Positions 26,932 through 36,403 of a stretch of 64,000 nucleotides of DNA are shown piece after piece. The stretch is from Bacteroidales bacterium (lineage in GTDB: Bacteria > Bacteroidota > Bacteroidia > Bacteroidales > F082), in assembly GCA_017531225.1 (NCBI GenBank), contig JAFXLL010000014.1, positions 45,390 to 109,389 of the forward strand, in the 5' to 3' direction. The notes beneath the pieces are model-generated. The model was given only the letters and a program-made list of their open reading frames with translations, searched no databases and was not told where the DNA came from. The translations under genes and the position numbers were made by a program. Numbering within the stretch: position 1 is the first letter of the stretch; every line of letters begins with the position of its first letter.

Positions 26932-28527
26932 GGCCATGCCTAACACGGTGAGTGCCATCAGTTTTTCCAACATTACATTGCTTTGGAATAGCGTTTCCAC
27001 ATCACGTCTCAGCTCGGATTTGTCGCTGAGCAGGTCGATGTGATTTTTATAATAGGTATCGAAAAACTCCCGCATTCTTGGGTCGGTGTCGTACCAGTAC
27101 TCGTATGGGTTCATCGAAGATTTTGGGTTGACACGTGACGGGACCAAGCCTGCTTTGAATAGCATTTTTCGGCCGATTTTCTGTCCTTTATGGAAAGCCT
27201 TTGAGGCCAAAGCCACTGTCTTTTGAGTCGTGGTAGTTGGCACACGTTTGCGGCTGGTAGGTACGCTTAATGCCTCTGGATAGTAGCGCTCCACCCATTT
27301 CCAATAAAGGTTGTGGTTTCGCCGCATGGCGATGGGCAGCGAATAGCAGAAATTCATGAAATCGACATCCGTGAAGGGTGAGAGAGCGAAGGTGTATTGT
27401 TTTCGGATGAACCATGACGACATAGCTCCCATGAATCCACGGGTGTAAAGGCTGTAGAGATCTTGATTTTCAAAGCCTTCTGGATTGGGATCATATTGCA
27501 AGGGCAACCGATGCGAAAGCCTCACCGCTTCTGGATCTACGGCAATGGAAGGGGTCTTCACGAATGTGCCAATGGCTATGTCACCCAATTGGCCGGTTTG
27601 CTCTGTGCCAAACTGGTTGAAATCCAGTTTTGCCAACAACCGCGCTCCGCCCGTGATGCCACTGTAAAGATAGGTTCCGAAATGTCCTTTCAGTAACTCG
27701 TCGATGTCAAAGATGAACTCATGATTGTCCAATGGCTCAAAGATTATTTCATTACCAAACAGTTTCGAAGCTTGTTTGGAAAGCAGCTCTTCCTCGCTGC
27801 CTGTCTGGCTGTAGCTGATGTTGGTGATGGGACCGTAGCCCATGGCCTTGGCCACGCAGTTGACCATCCTTGAGTCCATGCCGGCACTCATATCCACCAG
27901 ATGCTGGGTGTAGCCATATTCCAAATCCTTGTCGAAACAGCGTTTCACTGCTTGACGGAACAACACGTCAATGCGCTCGATAGCTTCATCTTCGGTAATG
28001 TCCAACAAGTTGGAATCAAACAGGTGATAACGTTGTTCGGTCCATTGTCCTTGCTCCAGATATAAAGCCTTGCCTGCTCTCAGCCGCTTGATTTCATGGG
28101 CAAAAGTGGCCTCGTCAATGAGATACCCGAAGGTGAGCATCCAATGGGCGGCTTTCTCATCCAAATGGATAGGAATCTGCTGATGATGGAGAAAGTCCAA
28201 CAGCATGTTGAAGTTTGAAGAGAACGCTTGAAGGGTTTCGGAGAGGTAATAAAACACGGCGGAATCGCCAGTTTGATTCGTGAAGACTACAGCTTTTTGA
28301 GCGTGTTTGTCGTAATACAACCCCGTGAAAGGCCCTCTAAATTCAGTAAAAAAATCAAAGGTTCGGTATTGGTCACGAAGCCCATGCTGGTTGAGGATCA
28401 AGCCATCTACCACGATGGCATAATCCTCGTTGTTCACGTTTAGATGGTCATGTTCAAAACGGCATTTTCCCGATTCCGTGATCGAAAAACTACCGTCTTT
28501 TCTGAAATAGGCCAGCCAGTCGTTCAT
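26920..28527 (-). CDS. Asparagine synthase-related (PP-loop ATP pyrophosphatase-like) protein
   Basis: 535 aa. An SGGxDS-like motif is present (DMSAGMDSRMV). Size and layout resemble AsnB-related proteins, but there is no N-terminal Cys2. Confidence 0.55.
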   Translation of the reverse strand: MNDWLAYFRKDGSFSITESGKCRFEHDHLNVNNEDYAIVVDGLILNQHGLRDQYRTFDFFTEFRGPFTGLYYDKHAQKAVVFTNQTGDSAVFYYLSETLQAFSSNFNMLLDFLHHQQIPIHLDEKAAHWMLTFGYLIDEATFAHEIKRLRAGKALYLEQGQWTEQRYHLFDSNLLDITEDEAIERIDVLFRQAVKRCFDKDLEYGYTQHLVDMSAGMDSRMVNCVAKAMGYGPITNISYSQTGSEEELLSKQASKLFGNEIIFEPLDNHEFIFDIDELLKGHFGTYLYSGITGGARLLAKLDFNQFGTEQTGQLGDIAIGTFVKTPSIAVDPEAVRLSHRLPLQYDPNPEGFENQDLYSLYTRGFMGAMSSWFIRKQYTFALSPFTDVDFMNFCYSLPIAMRRNHNLYWKWVERYYPEALSVPTSRKRVPTTTTQKTVALASKAFHKGQKIGRKMLFKAGLVPSRVNPKSSMNPYEYWYDTDPRMREFFDTYYKNHIDLLSDKSELRRDVETLFQSNVMLEKLMALTVLGMASRL

Positions 28528-28538
28528 GGTGTGATGGT

Positions 28539-29897
28539 TTATCCGAACAGTTCCGTTGCCAAGTCATAAACTGTGGCCACTGGGATCACTTCGATATGGA
28601 AACGCTTGGTATCCAATCCTTTGGCGTTATATTTTGAAATGAAGATCTTTTCAAATCCTAATTTGTCGGCTTCGGCAATGCGTGCCTCGATGCGGGTGAC
28701 GGCGCGTATTTCGCCCGACAGACCTACTTCAGCTGCAAAGGTTGTACGGTTGTCGATAGGGATGTCGGCATTGGATGACAGCACTGCGGCGACCACCGAA
28801 AGGTCTAAGGCGGGATCGTCGCTGCGGATGCCTCCAGCGATATTCAAAAATACGTCCTTCATGCCCAATTTGAAGCCCGCACGTTTCTCTAATACTGCCA
28901 ACAGCATGTTCATCCGTCGAGTGTCGAAACCTGTAGCTGAGCGTTGCGGTGTGCCGTAGGCGGCGGTGCTCACCAAAGCCTGGGTCTCAATGAGCATAGG
29001 ACGTTGTCCCTCCATAGTGGCGGCGATGGCGATACCACTCACCTCCTCGTCGCGCTGCGACAAAAGGAACTCGCTGGGGTTGTTGACCTCGCGCAGGCCA
29101 GTGGCGTTCATCTCGAAGATGCCTAATTCCGAAGCGGATCCGAAGCGGTTTTTGATGGTCCGTAGGATGCGGAAACCGTAATGCCTGTCGCCCTCGAACT
29201 GCAAGACGGTATCGACAATGTGTTCCAAAATCTTAGGACCTGCGATGCTGCCGTCCTTGGTGATATGGCCGATGAGGAACACGGGTACTTGGTACGACTT
29301 GGCGATCTTGTTCATCTCAGCGGCGGTTTCACGGATCTGTGAGATGGTGCCTGCGGTGGCATCCACGTAAGGCGAGCTCAGCGTCTGAATGGAGTCGACG
29401 ATGACGATATCGGGCTGTACATCCTTGAAATGTTTCAGGATTTCCTTGGTGTCGGTCTCAGTAAGGATGAGGCAGTTCTCGTTTTTGATGCCCACACGGT
29501 CGGCGCGCATCTTGATCTGGGTCTGGCTCTCCTCACCGGAGATGTATAGCACTTTCTTGTTGAGTTGTAAGGCTGTCTGCAGCAGCAAAGTGGACTTGCC
29601 GATGCCTGGCTCACCGCCAACCAGCACCAACGAACCCAATACCAAACCTCCGCCGAGCACACGGTTAAACTCCGCGTAAGGCAGCACGATACGCTGTTCT
29701 TCTGCGTTGGTTATCTCTTTGATCGGAAGCGGTATAACATCTGTATTCTGCCTCCTGTCTTCTTGCTTCTTACTTTTTACTTCTTTTTCTTCTACACAGG
29801 TATTCCATTCGCCACAGGCCGGACATTTTCCGAACCATTTCGGCGATTCATTACCGCATGATTTGCAAAAGAACACGCTTTTTTCCTTGGTTGCCAT
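28539..29897 (-). CDS. radA: DNA repair protein RadA
   Basis: 452 aa. Zinc finger FFCKSCGNESPKWFGKCPACGEWNT. Walker A GGEPGIGKST. KNRFG motif. Lon-like C-terminal domain. Confidence 0.93.
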   Translation of the reverse strand: MATKEKSVFFCKSCGNESPKWFGKCPACGEWNTCVEEKEVKSKKQEDRRQNTDVIPLPIKEITNAEEQRIVLPYAEFNRVLGGGLVLGSLVLVGGEPGIGKSTLLLQTALQLNKKVLYISGEESQTQIKMRADRVGIKNENCLILTETDTKEILKHFKDVQPDIVIVDSIQTLSSPYVDATAGTISQIRETAAEMNKIAKSYQVPVFLIGHITKDGSIAGPKILEHIVDTVLQFEGDRHYGFRILRTIKNRFGSASELGIFEMNATGLREVNNPSEFLLSQRDEEVSGIAIAATMEGQRPMLIETQALVSTAAYGTPQRSATGFDTRRMNMLLAVLEKRAGFKLGMKDVFLNIAGGIRSDDPALDLSVVAAVLSSNADIPIDNRTTFAAEVGLSGEIRAVTRIEARIAEADKLGFEKIFISKYNAKGLDTKRFHIEVIPVATVYDLATELFG

Positions 29898-30422
29898 TTA
29901 CGAGAATTCTTTTTTCTTAGTTGTTGATGAGAATAGATAAAGAATCAAAAGAATCAGGAACACGGACACAGGAACGCTGATCAGGATGCGCAAGAAAGCT
30001 TGTCCCACAAGGTGGAAACTGAAACCTTCAAACATAAACAGCGTGAAATTGTGAACCGCGACCATGCAGATCGTGTAGCGCACAAACCAAGGGAACCCCA
30101 ATTGGTTGACATTGGGCTCTTTAATGTTCTCGAACTTTTGGGTGCCTGAAACGAGTTTGATGATACCGGGTCGTAAGAAGGCCATCATGGTAGTGGCACC
30201 GGCATGCATGCCTAAGGTGCCCATGAATAAGTCGATCACCAACCCGATGCCGAAACCCGAGATCAACAGTTGCCAGTTTGGAATGTTGATAGGCAGCAAC
30301 ATCACGAAGATGAGGTAAATATAGGGATGCACATAACCGCCGAGGCGGATATGGTTGACAATCAGTACTTGAGCAACCACCAACACCACAAACCGTAGGA
30401 TATTTAGCAAACTTCTGTTCAT
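29898..30422 (-). CDS. mreD: Rod shape-determining protein MreD
   Basis: 174 aa polytopic membrane protein directly downstream of mreC, overlapping it by 4 nt. Confidence 0.8.
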   Translation of the reverse strand: MNRSLLNILRFVVLVVAQVLIVNHIRLGGYVHPYIYLIFVMLLPINIPNWQLLISGFGIGLVIDLFMGTLGMHAGATTMMAFLRPGIIKLVSGTQKFENIKEPNVNQLGFPWFVRYTICMVAVHNFTLFMFEGFSFHLVGQAFLRILISVPVSVFLILLILYLFSSTTKKKEFS

Positions 30423-31240
30423 AGCTTTGGTTGGTTTTGGATGAGTGAATCAATTTCCGCCTTGCTGGTATGGTGAATCACATACACGTTTTTCAAGGAG
30501 GAGAAGTCGGTGGCAAATCTAATCTTAGCCTTGTTAAGTGTGCCGCTGGGCGAGGGGATGAGTTCCATCACGGTGCCGGCCATCAGGTTTTCAGGGAAGA
30601 TGTAGGAATAGGAGCTGGTGACGATGGTGTCGCCCTTTTGAAGCCTCAAATGGGTCGGGATGTCGTCGACCATGCCGTAACGGTAGTTGGTGGTTTCCCA
30701 GCGTAAGTTGGCCAACTGTTCACTGTCCTTGAAACGCACGCTGATGGTGGTATAGCTGTGCAGCAGGCTCATCACCGAGGCGTAATGTTGACTGACGTCT
30801 GACACGATGCCTACGATGCCGCTGCTGGAGATGACGCCCATATCTTTCTTAATGCCATCGGCTTCGCCTTTGTTGATCAGGATATAGTTGTTGGGACGGT
30901 TCACCGTGTTATTGACCACTCGGGCGGGGATGAACTCGTAAACGGTGTCGGCGTTGATCACCCCAATATAACTTTTGGTGGTATCAGTGGTGACAGCCAA
31001 CTGTCGGCGTAACAGGGCATTCTCTTCGGCTAACTCCCGATTGATTTTGCCCAAGCGGAAGTAATCACCTATTCCCGTGCCGGTCTCATAGATTCTGCCC
31101 ACGAGCTCATTGGTCGTGTTGATCCGCTTCTGGCGATGGTAGTTCTGTGTCATCGTCATGAACACGATGCACAGTACTTCGAGCACCAAAAAGAGCAGCA
31201 CGAAATGATGTTTTTGTATGAATCGTAAGAGGTTGTACAT
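30419..31240 (-). CDS. mreC: Rod shape-determining protein MreC
   Basis: 273 aa. N-terminal TM, coiled-coil region (ELAEENALLRRQL), and a beta-rich C-terminal domain. Positioned between mreB and mreD. Confidence 0.85.
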   Translation of the reverse strand: MYNLLRFIQKHHFVLLFLVLEVLCIVFMTMTQNYHRQKRINTTNELVGRIYETGTGIGDYFRLGKINRELAEENALLRRQLAVTTDTTKSYIGVINADTVYEFIPARVVNNTVNRPNNYILINKGEADGIKKDMGVISSSGIVGIVSDVSQHYASVMSLLHSYTTISVRFKDSEQLANLRWETTNYRYGMVDDIPTHLRLQKGDTIVTSSYSYIFPENLMAGTVMELIPSPSGTLNKAKIRFATDFSSLKNVYVIHHTSKAEIDSLIQNQPKL

Positions 31241-31243
31241 TCC

Positions 31244-32266
31244 TTACTTGATGAGGAAGGTGAAGCGGTCGAAGTTCTTCAGGGCGATGCCGGTGCCTCT
31301 TGCCACGGCGCGGAGCGGGTCCTCAGCCACATGGATAGGCAGCTTGGTCTTGGCAGCCAGACGCTTGTCGAGGCCACGGAGCAAAGCACCACCACCGGTG
31401 AGGTAGATACCCGTGCGGAAGATATCGGCAGCCAGCTCAGGAGGTGTGAGTTCCAATGCGTTGAGCACGGCGGTCTCGATCTTCATGATGCTCTTATCGA
31501 GGCAGTGGGCGATCTCGGAGTAGCTCACCTTGATCTCCTTCGGGATACCGCTCAGCATGTCGCGGCCTTGCACGGCGAAGTCCTCAGGCGGGTTGTCGAG
31601 CTGAGGAATGGCAGCACCCACCTCAATCTTGATACGCTCGGCGGAACGCTCACCCACGATGATGTTATGCTGTTTACGCATATATTCCTCGATGTCGGCA
31701 TTGAAGTCGTCACCGGCGATACGGATGGACTTGTTGTTGACGATACCGCCCAAGGCGATGACAGCGATTTCGGAAGTACCACCTCCGATGTCGATGATCA
31801 TGTTGCCAGTAGGTTCAAGCACGTCGATGCCGATACCGATGGCGGCGGCCATAGGCTCGTGGATCAGACGTACTTCCTTAGCGCCAGCTTGTTCAGCGGA
31901 ATCCTTCACGGCGCGTTCCTCCACCTCGGTGATACCCGAAGGGATGCAGATCACCATCTTCAGGCTGGGTGGGAAGAAAGTGTTCTTGAAGTTGATCATC
32001 TTGATCATCTCGCGCATCATGTGCTCTGCGGCTTGGAAATCGGCGATCACACCGTCTCTCAACGGGCGGATAGTCTTAATGTTCTCATGGGTTTTGCCGT
32101 GCATCATCATGGCTTTCTTACCGACAGCGATGATTTTCTTCGTGTCGCGTTGGATGGCCACGATGGAGGGCTCGTCAACGACTACCTTGTCGTTGTATAT
32201 GATGACGGTATTGGCCGTGCCTAAGTCAATAGCGATTTCTTTGTTAAGGAATGAAAAAGCACCCAT
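31244..32266 (-). CDS. mreB: Rod shape-determining protein MreB
   Basis: 340 aa actin-like ATPase. Motifs: IAIDLGTANTVI, DIGGGTSEIAVI, GIYLTGGGALLRGLD. Confidence 0.95.
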   Translation of the reverse strand: MGAFSFLNKEIAIDLGTANTVIIYNDKVVVDEPSIVAIQRDTKKIIAVGKKAMMMHGKTHENIKTIRPLRDGVIADFQAAEHMMREMIKMINFKNTFFPPSLKMVICIPSGITEVEERAVKDSAEQAGAKEVRLIHEPMAAAIGIGIDVLEPTGNMIIDIGGGTSEIAVIALGGIVNNKSIRIAGDDFNADIEEYMRKQHNIIVGERSAERIKIEVGAAIPQLDNPPEDFAVQGRDMLSGIPKEIKVSYSEIAHCLDKSIMKIETAVLNALELTPPELAADIFRTGIYLTGGGALLRGLDKRLAAKTKLPIHVAEDPLRAVARGTGIALKNFDRFTFLIK

Positions 32267-32304
32267 TTTTTAGATAAAAGTTAAAAGTTATGAGATAAAA
32301 ATTA

Positions 32305-33783
32305 TCAATGTTTGAAATGGCGGAAGCCAGTGAATACCATGCTGATTCCACATTGGTCGCAGCAATCTATAGAGTCTTGGTCGCGGACTGAGCCACCTGG
32401 CTGCACGATAGCGGTGATGCCGGCTTCGTGGGCGAGTTTCACGCAGTCGTCGAAGGGGAAGAAAGCATCGGAAGCCAACACGGCTCCGTGAAGATCGAAA
32501 CCGAACAACTTGGCCTTTTCAATGGCTTGGCGTAAAGAGTCGACTCTTGAAGTTTGGCCGATGCCAGAAGCGCAAAGCTGTCCGTCTTTAGCCAAGGTGA
32601 TGGCGTTGGATTTGCAATGCTTGACCACCTTGTTGGCGAAGACCATGTCTTCGATTTCCTTTGGTGAAGGTGTGGCTTTGGTGACCACCTTGAAGTCCTC
32701 AGGACTCTCTGTGTGGAGGTCGCGGTCTTCCATCAAGAAGCCGTTCAAAGCGGTTCTCACCATCACTTTTTCGTATAAATCCTGCTTTAACCTCAGGACG
32801 ACCCTGTTTTTCTTGGAAAAGAGCAGGTCGAGCACACCGGGTTCGTAGCCAGGGGCGACGATGACCTCAATGAAGAGCTTGTTGATCTCCTCGGCAGCGG
32901 CCATGTCGATAGGACGGTTGCATACCAACACACCACCGAAAGCAGAAACGGGATCACCGGCCAAAGCGGCCAAATAAGCCTCTTTCACTGTGGAACGGCA
33001 GGCGATGCCGCAGGGGTTGTTGTGTTTGAGGACAGCAAATGTGGGCTCGTTGAATTCACGGATCAGGTTCAGCCCAGCGTCGAGGTCAAGCAAGTTGTTG
33101 TAAGACAACTCTTTGCCATGCAGTTTCTCGAACAAGGCATCCAAATCGCCGTTGAACCAGCCTTTCTGGTGGGGGTTCTCACCATAACGCAAGGCCATGG
33201 CGGGAGCAAACCAGTTGTGAATGGCGGTGTCGTAATGCGAGCTCTCAGCGAAGGCATAGCAGGCAAAACGACGGCGGTCTTCCAACGAAGTCTCACAGTT
33301 TTGCGTCTCCAACAGGTGGATCAACTCATCGTAGTATCTCCTTGAAGGCACGATGAGCACGTCGTTGAAGTTTTTGGCTCCGGCACGGATCAGCGAGATG
33401 CCGCCGATGTCGATCTTCTCGATGATAGCACTCTCGTCAGTCGTGCTGGCCACGGTCTCCTCGAAAGGATAGAGGTCCACAATTACTAAGTCAAAAGCGG
33501 GGATTTCATACTGAGCCATCTCGCGCTGGTCTGATTCCAACTGGGTTCTGCCTAGGATGCCGCCAAATACTTTGGGATGCAAAGTCTTCACTCGGCCGCC
33601 CAAAATGGAGGGATAGCTGGTCAGTGACTCCACGGTCTTCACGGCGGGATCGAGATTGCGGATGTAGTCGTATGTTCCGCCGGTGGAATAAATCTGCACG
33701 CCTTGCGCCTTCAACAAAGCAACAACGGTATCTATTCCGTTTTTATAAAAAACTGATATTAAGGCAGTTCTGATTTTTTTCAA
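32305..33783 (-). CDS. purH: Bifunctional AICAR transformylase / IMP cyclohydrolase PurH (start uncertain)
   Basis: The track ORF runs 32305..33873. The conserved PurH core begins at KKIRTALISVFYKNGI, and a TTG at 33783 gives the usual MKKIRTALISV-type N-terminus. The upstream 30 codons look non-homologous and hydrophobic. Other motifs: YPSILGGRVKTLHP, LRYGENPHQ, ends ...GFRHFKH. Confidence 0.88.
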   Translation of the reverse strand: MKKIRTALISVFYKNGIDTVVALLKAQGVQIYSTGGTYDYIRNLDPAVKTVESLTSYPSILGGRVKTLHPKVFGGILGRTQLESDQREMAQYEIPAFDLVIVDLYPFEETVASTTDESAIIEKIDIGGISLIRAGAKNFNDVLIVPSRRYYDELIHLLETQNCETSLEDRRRFACYAFAESSHYDTAIHNWFAPAMALRYGENPHQKGWFNGDLDALFEKLHGKELSYNNLLDLDAGLNLIREFNEPTFAVLKHNNPCGIACRSTVKEAYLAALAGDPVSAFGGVLVCNRPIDMAAAEEINKLFIEVIVAPGYEPGVLDLLFSKKNRVVLRLKQDLYEKVMVRTALNGFLMEDRDLHTESPEDFKVVTKATPSPKEIEDMVFANKVVKHCKSNAITLAKDGQLCASGIGQTSRVDSLRQAIEKAKLFGFDLHGAVLASDAFFPFDDCVKLAHEAGITAIVQPGGSVRDQDSIDCCDQCGISMVFTGFRHFKH

Positions 33784-33927
33784 GATTAAAAATTTTTGGA
33801 AAAATGATATTGCAAGATTATTAAAAATAGAGACACCATGCAAGTTTGACATCCAAAAAAAAATTTTTTTCATAGTTTCTTTGGAAATTCAAATATTTCT
33901 TATTTTTACAAATTCAAAATTACGATA

Positions 33928-35709
33928 ATGGAGACAAAGTGGATTTTAAATAAAACGGTTGACAACCAACAGGTTGCAGAGATCGTTAAGGCTCTCAACA
34001 TTGATGAGAACCTTGCCACTTTGCTCGTCCAGCGTGGCATTACCAACTATAACGAGGCCAAGATCTTCTTCCGCCCCTCTCTTACACAGCTTCACGATCC
34101 GTTCCTGATGAAGGATATGGACCGTGCTGTCGACCGTGTGGTGAAAGCCATCGACAATGGCGAGAAGATCCTAATTTATGGCGACTACGATGTGGATGGT
34201 ACCACTGCCGTGGCTTTGGTCTACACCTATCTGAAGAAATTCTTCAAGAAAAAGAAGATTGAGTTCTATATCCCTGACCGTTACGACGAGGGTTATGGCA
34301 TCTCCTTCAAAGGCATCGACTATGCCGCTGACAACGACTTCAAGTTGGTCATTGCCTTGGACTGCGGTATCAAGGCTGTGGAGCGTATTCAATATGCCAA
34401 CGAAAAAGGCGTGGACTTCATTATCTGCGACCATCACCGTGCTGGCGATGAGTTGCCTGCTGCGGTGGCTGTGCTCGACCCGAAACGTCCCGACTGCGAA
34501 TATCCTTACAAGGAGTTGTCGGGCTGCGGCGTAGGTTTCAAACTCATCACGGCCATCTCCATGAGGCTCAACCTCCCCATCGATGAGGTTTATGAACTGC
34601 TCGACTTGTTGGCGGTGAGCATTGCTGCCGACATCGTTCCAATCACTGGTGAAAACCGTGTGTTGGCCTATTATGGCTTGAAACAGCTCAACAAAAAGCC
34701 TCGTCCAGGCATCGAAGCCATCCTGCAACATGCCAACGTCTATCGCCGCGAGGGCGACCCCGACCGCGTGGATGGCGAAACCACCAACGTGCTCACTCGT
34801 GAACTCACCATCAGTGACTTGGTCTTTTTGATCGGCCCTCGCATCAATGCTGCTGGACGTATCGACAAGGCTTCCGACTCAGTCCGTCTGCTGCTGGCTG
34901 AACAACGCGAACACGCCCTCAAACTTGCTGCCAACATCAATGAACTCAACGATACCCGTCGTGAGCTTGATAACGGCATTACCGAAGAGGCGCTCAACAT
35001 GATTGCCGACGACGAGGAGCTTCGCAACGCTCGCAGTACGGTCATCTTCAACGAGAACTGGCACAAGGGCGTCATCGGTATCGTGGCTTCACGCCTCACC
35101 GATTATTATTATCGCCCCACCATCGTCCTGACTCGCGCCAACGACCTTATCACAGGTTCGGCTCGCTCCATCAAGAATTTTGACATCTATGACGCCATCG
35201 ACCATTGCTCCGATTTGTTAGAACACTTTGGTGGCCATAAATATGCTGCTGGTCTCTCCATGAAACCCGAGAATGTGGAAGAGTTCCGCCAACGTTTTGA
35301 GACGTATATCCGCGAACACCTCACCCTTGAGGATCTGGTGCCCGAGTTGGAAGTCGACCTTAAGATCCAGTTCCGCGACATCACGGCGAAGTTCATGCGC
35401 ATCCTCAACCAGTTTGCACCATTCGGTCCGGGTAACACCGCTCCAGTGTTCTGGTCTGACAACATCGTCGATGCCGGCGGCTCACGTCCTGTAGGTGGTC
35501 ATAAGCACCTGAAACTCACCATGAGACAGCTTGGCGATGAGGAACATACCGTATTATCAGGTATCGCTTTCCAGAAAGGCGACCTCTTCGCACGCATCCA
35601 TAGCGGCGAGCCTTTCAGCATCTGTTACCACCTGGAGTACAACTACTGGCAGGGCAAGACCACGCTGCAACTCAATGTCAAGGACATTAAGTTCAAAGAG
35701 AATATTTAA
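33928..35709 (+). CDS. recJ: Single-stranded-DNA-specific exonuclease RecJ
   Basis: 593 aa. DHH family motifs: ILIYGDYDVDGTTA, LDCG, ICDHH, GGHKYAAG. Confidence 0.92.
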   Translation: METKWILNKTVDNQQVAEIVKALNIDENLATLLVQRGITNYNEAKIFFRPSLTQLHDPFLMKDMDRAVDRVVKAIDNGEKILIYGDYDVDGTTAVALVYTYLKKFFKKKKIEFYIPDRYDEGYGISFKGIDYAADNDFKLVIALDCGIKAVERIQYANEKGVDFIICDHHRAGDELPAAVAVLDPKRPDCEYPYKELSGCGVGFKLITAISMRLNLPIDEVYELLDLLAVSIAADIVPITGENRVLAYYGLKQLNKKPRPGIEAILQHANVYRREGDPDRVDGETTNVLTRELTISDLVFLIGPRINAAGRIDKASDSVRLLLAEQREHALKLAANINELNDTRRELDNGITEEALNMIADDEELRNARSTVIFNENWHKGVIGIVASRLTDYYYRPTIVLTRANDLITGSARSIKNFDIYDAIDHCSDLLEHFGGHKYAAGLSMKPENVEEFRQRFETYIREHLTLEDLVPELEVDLKIQFRDITAKFMRILNQFAPFGPGNTAPVFWSDNIVDAGGSRPVGGHKHLKLTMRQLGDEEHTVLSGIAFQKGDLFARIHSGEPFSICYHLEYNYWQGKTTLQLNVKDIKFKENI

Positions 35710-36392
35710 AGGAATTTTATCAGGCCACTGACAATGAAATAGAGGCCGAATAGTACCAATCCCACACCGATCACGTTGTTCATGATGCGGATGCGTTTGG
35801 CGTTGAAGAATTGCTTCAGGAACGAGGCGCCTTTAGCCTTCAATATGTCGCAACCCAAGCAGGTTGCCAACACGATGCCGAAGAAAATCATGAGTTTCAG
35901 CTTGTTGCCTCCCATGGATCCTGCTGTGACCGCTACGGTGCTGAACCAGAAGATCCAGACAAAAGGATTCAGGATGTTCAAAACAAAGCCTTTGCCAACG
36001 AAAACAAACCACTTTGGCGTGTCGTCATCTTTCTTGAAGCGTTCTTTGTTCTCGTCAATGATTTCATCTGTTCGCTCCTTGATGCCTTTGAAGTTGTCTT
36101 CTTTCACCTTTCGGGTATAAGTGAATATGCCGAAAAGAATCAGGATGATGCCCGCTCCAAGGCTGAAAAAGAACATTTCCTTATCTCCTTCAGCCACCAC
36201 TTGGATGGAGGTCAGCACACACAAAGAAACCATCAGTAAGTCATTGAGGAAGACCCCAAATGAGAACCATGCCGCCGATCGGAACCCTCGGTGTATACTG
36301 GTCTGTATCAAGGTGATGAACGCCGGTCCAAATCCGAATACGATGGACAGGGTCAAACCTAAAACGATGGCATCAAATATGAATCGTATCAT
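35706..36392 (-). CDS. LysE-type translocator-like membrane protein
   Basis: 228 aa polytopic protein. The N-terminus (GLTLSIVFGFGPAFITLIQTSIHRGFRSA) resembles the LysE/RhtB family, with a charged central loop. This is a low-specificity call. Confidence 0.55.
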   Translation of the reverse strand: MIRFIFDAIVLGLTLSIVFGFGPAFITLIQTSIHRGFRSAAWFSFGVFLNDLLMVSLCVLTSIQVVAEGDKEMFFFSLGAGIILILFGIFTYTRKVKEDNFKGIKERTDEIIDENKERFKKDDDTPKWFVFVGKGFVLNILNPFVWIFWFSTVAVTAGSMGGNKLKLMIFFGIVLATCLGCDILKAKGASFLKQFFNAKRIRIMNNVIGVGLVLFGLYFIVSGLIKFL

Positions 36393-36403
36393 GCTTTATC
36401 TTC

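Noticed and set aside
31331-32273. Long antisense ORFs opposite mreB (297 aa and 221 aa). Similar shadow ORFs lie opposite other real genes, for example 46243..47028, 47407..48243, 56192..57040, 39759..40399, 34171..34731 and 58397..58873
   Set aside because: - The sense-strand genes have unambiguous family signatures.
- The antisense translations are compositionally odd and have no motifs.
- These are typical shadow ORFs.
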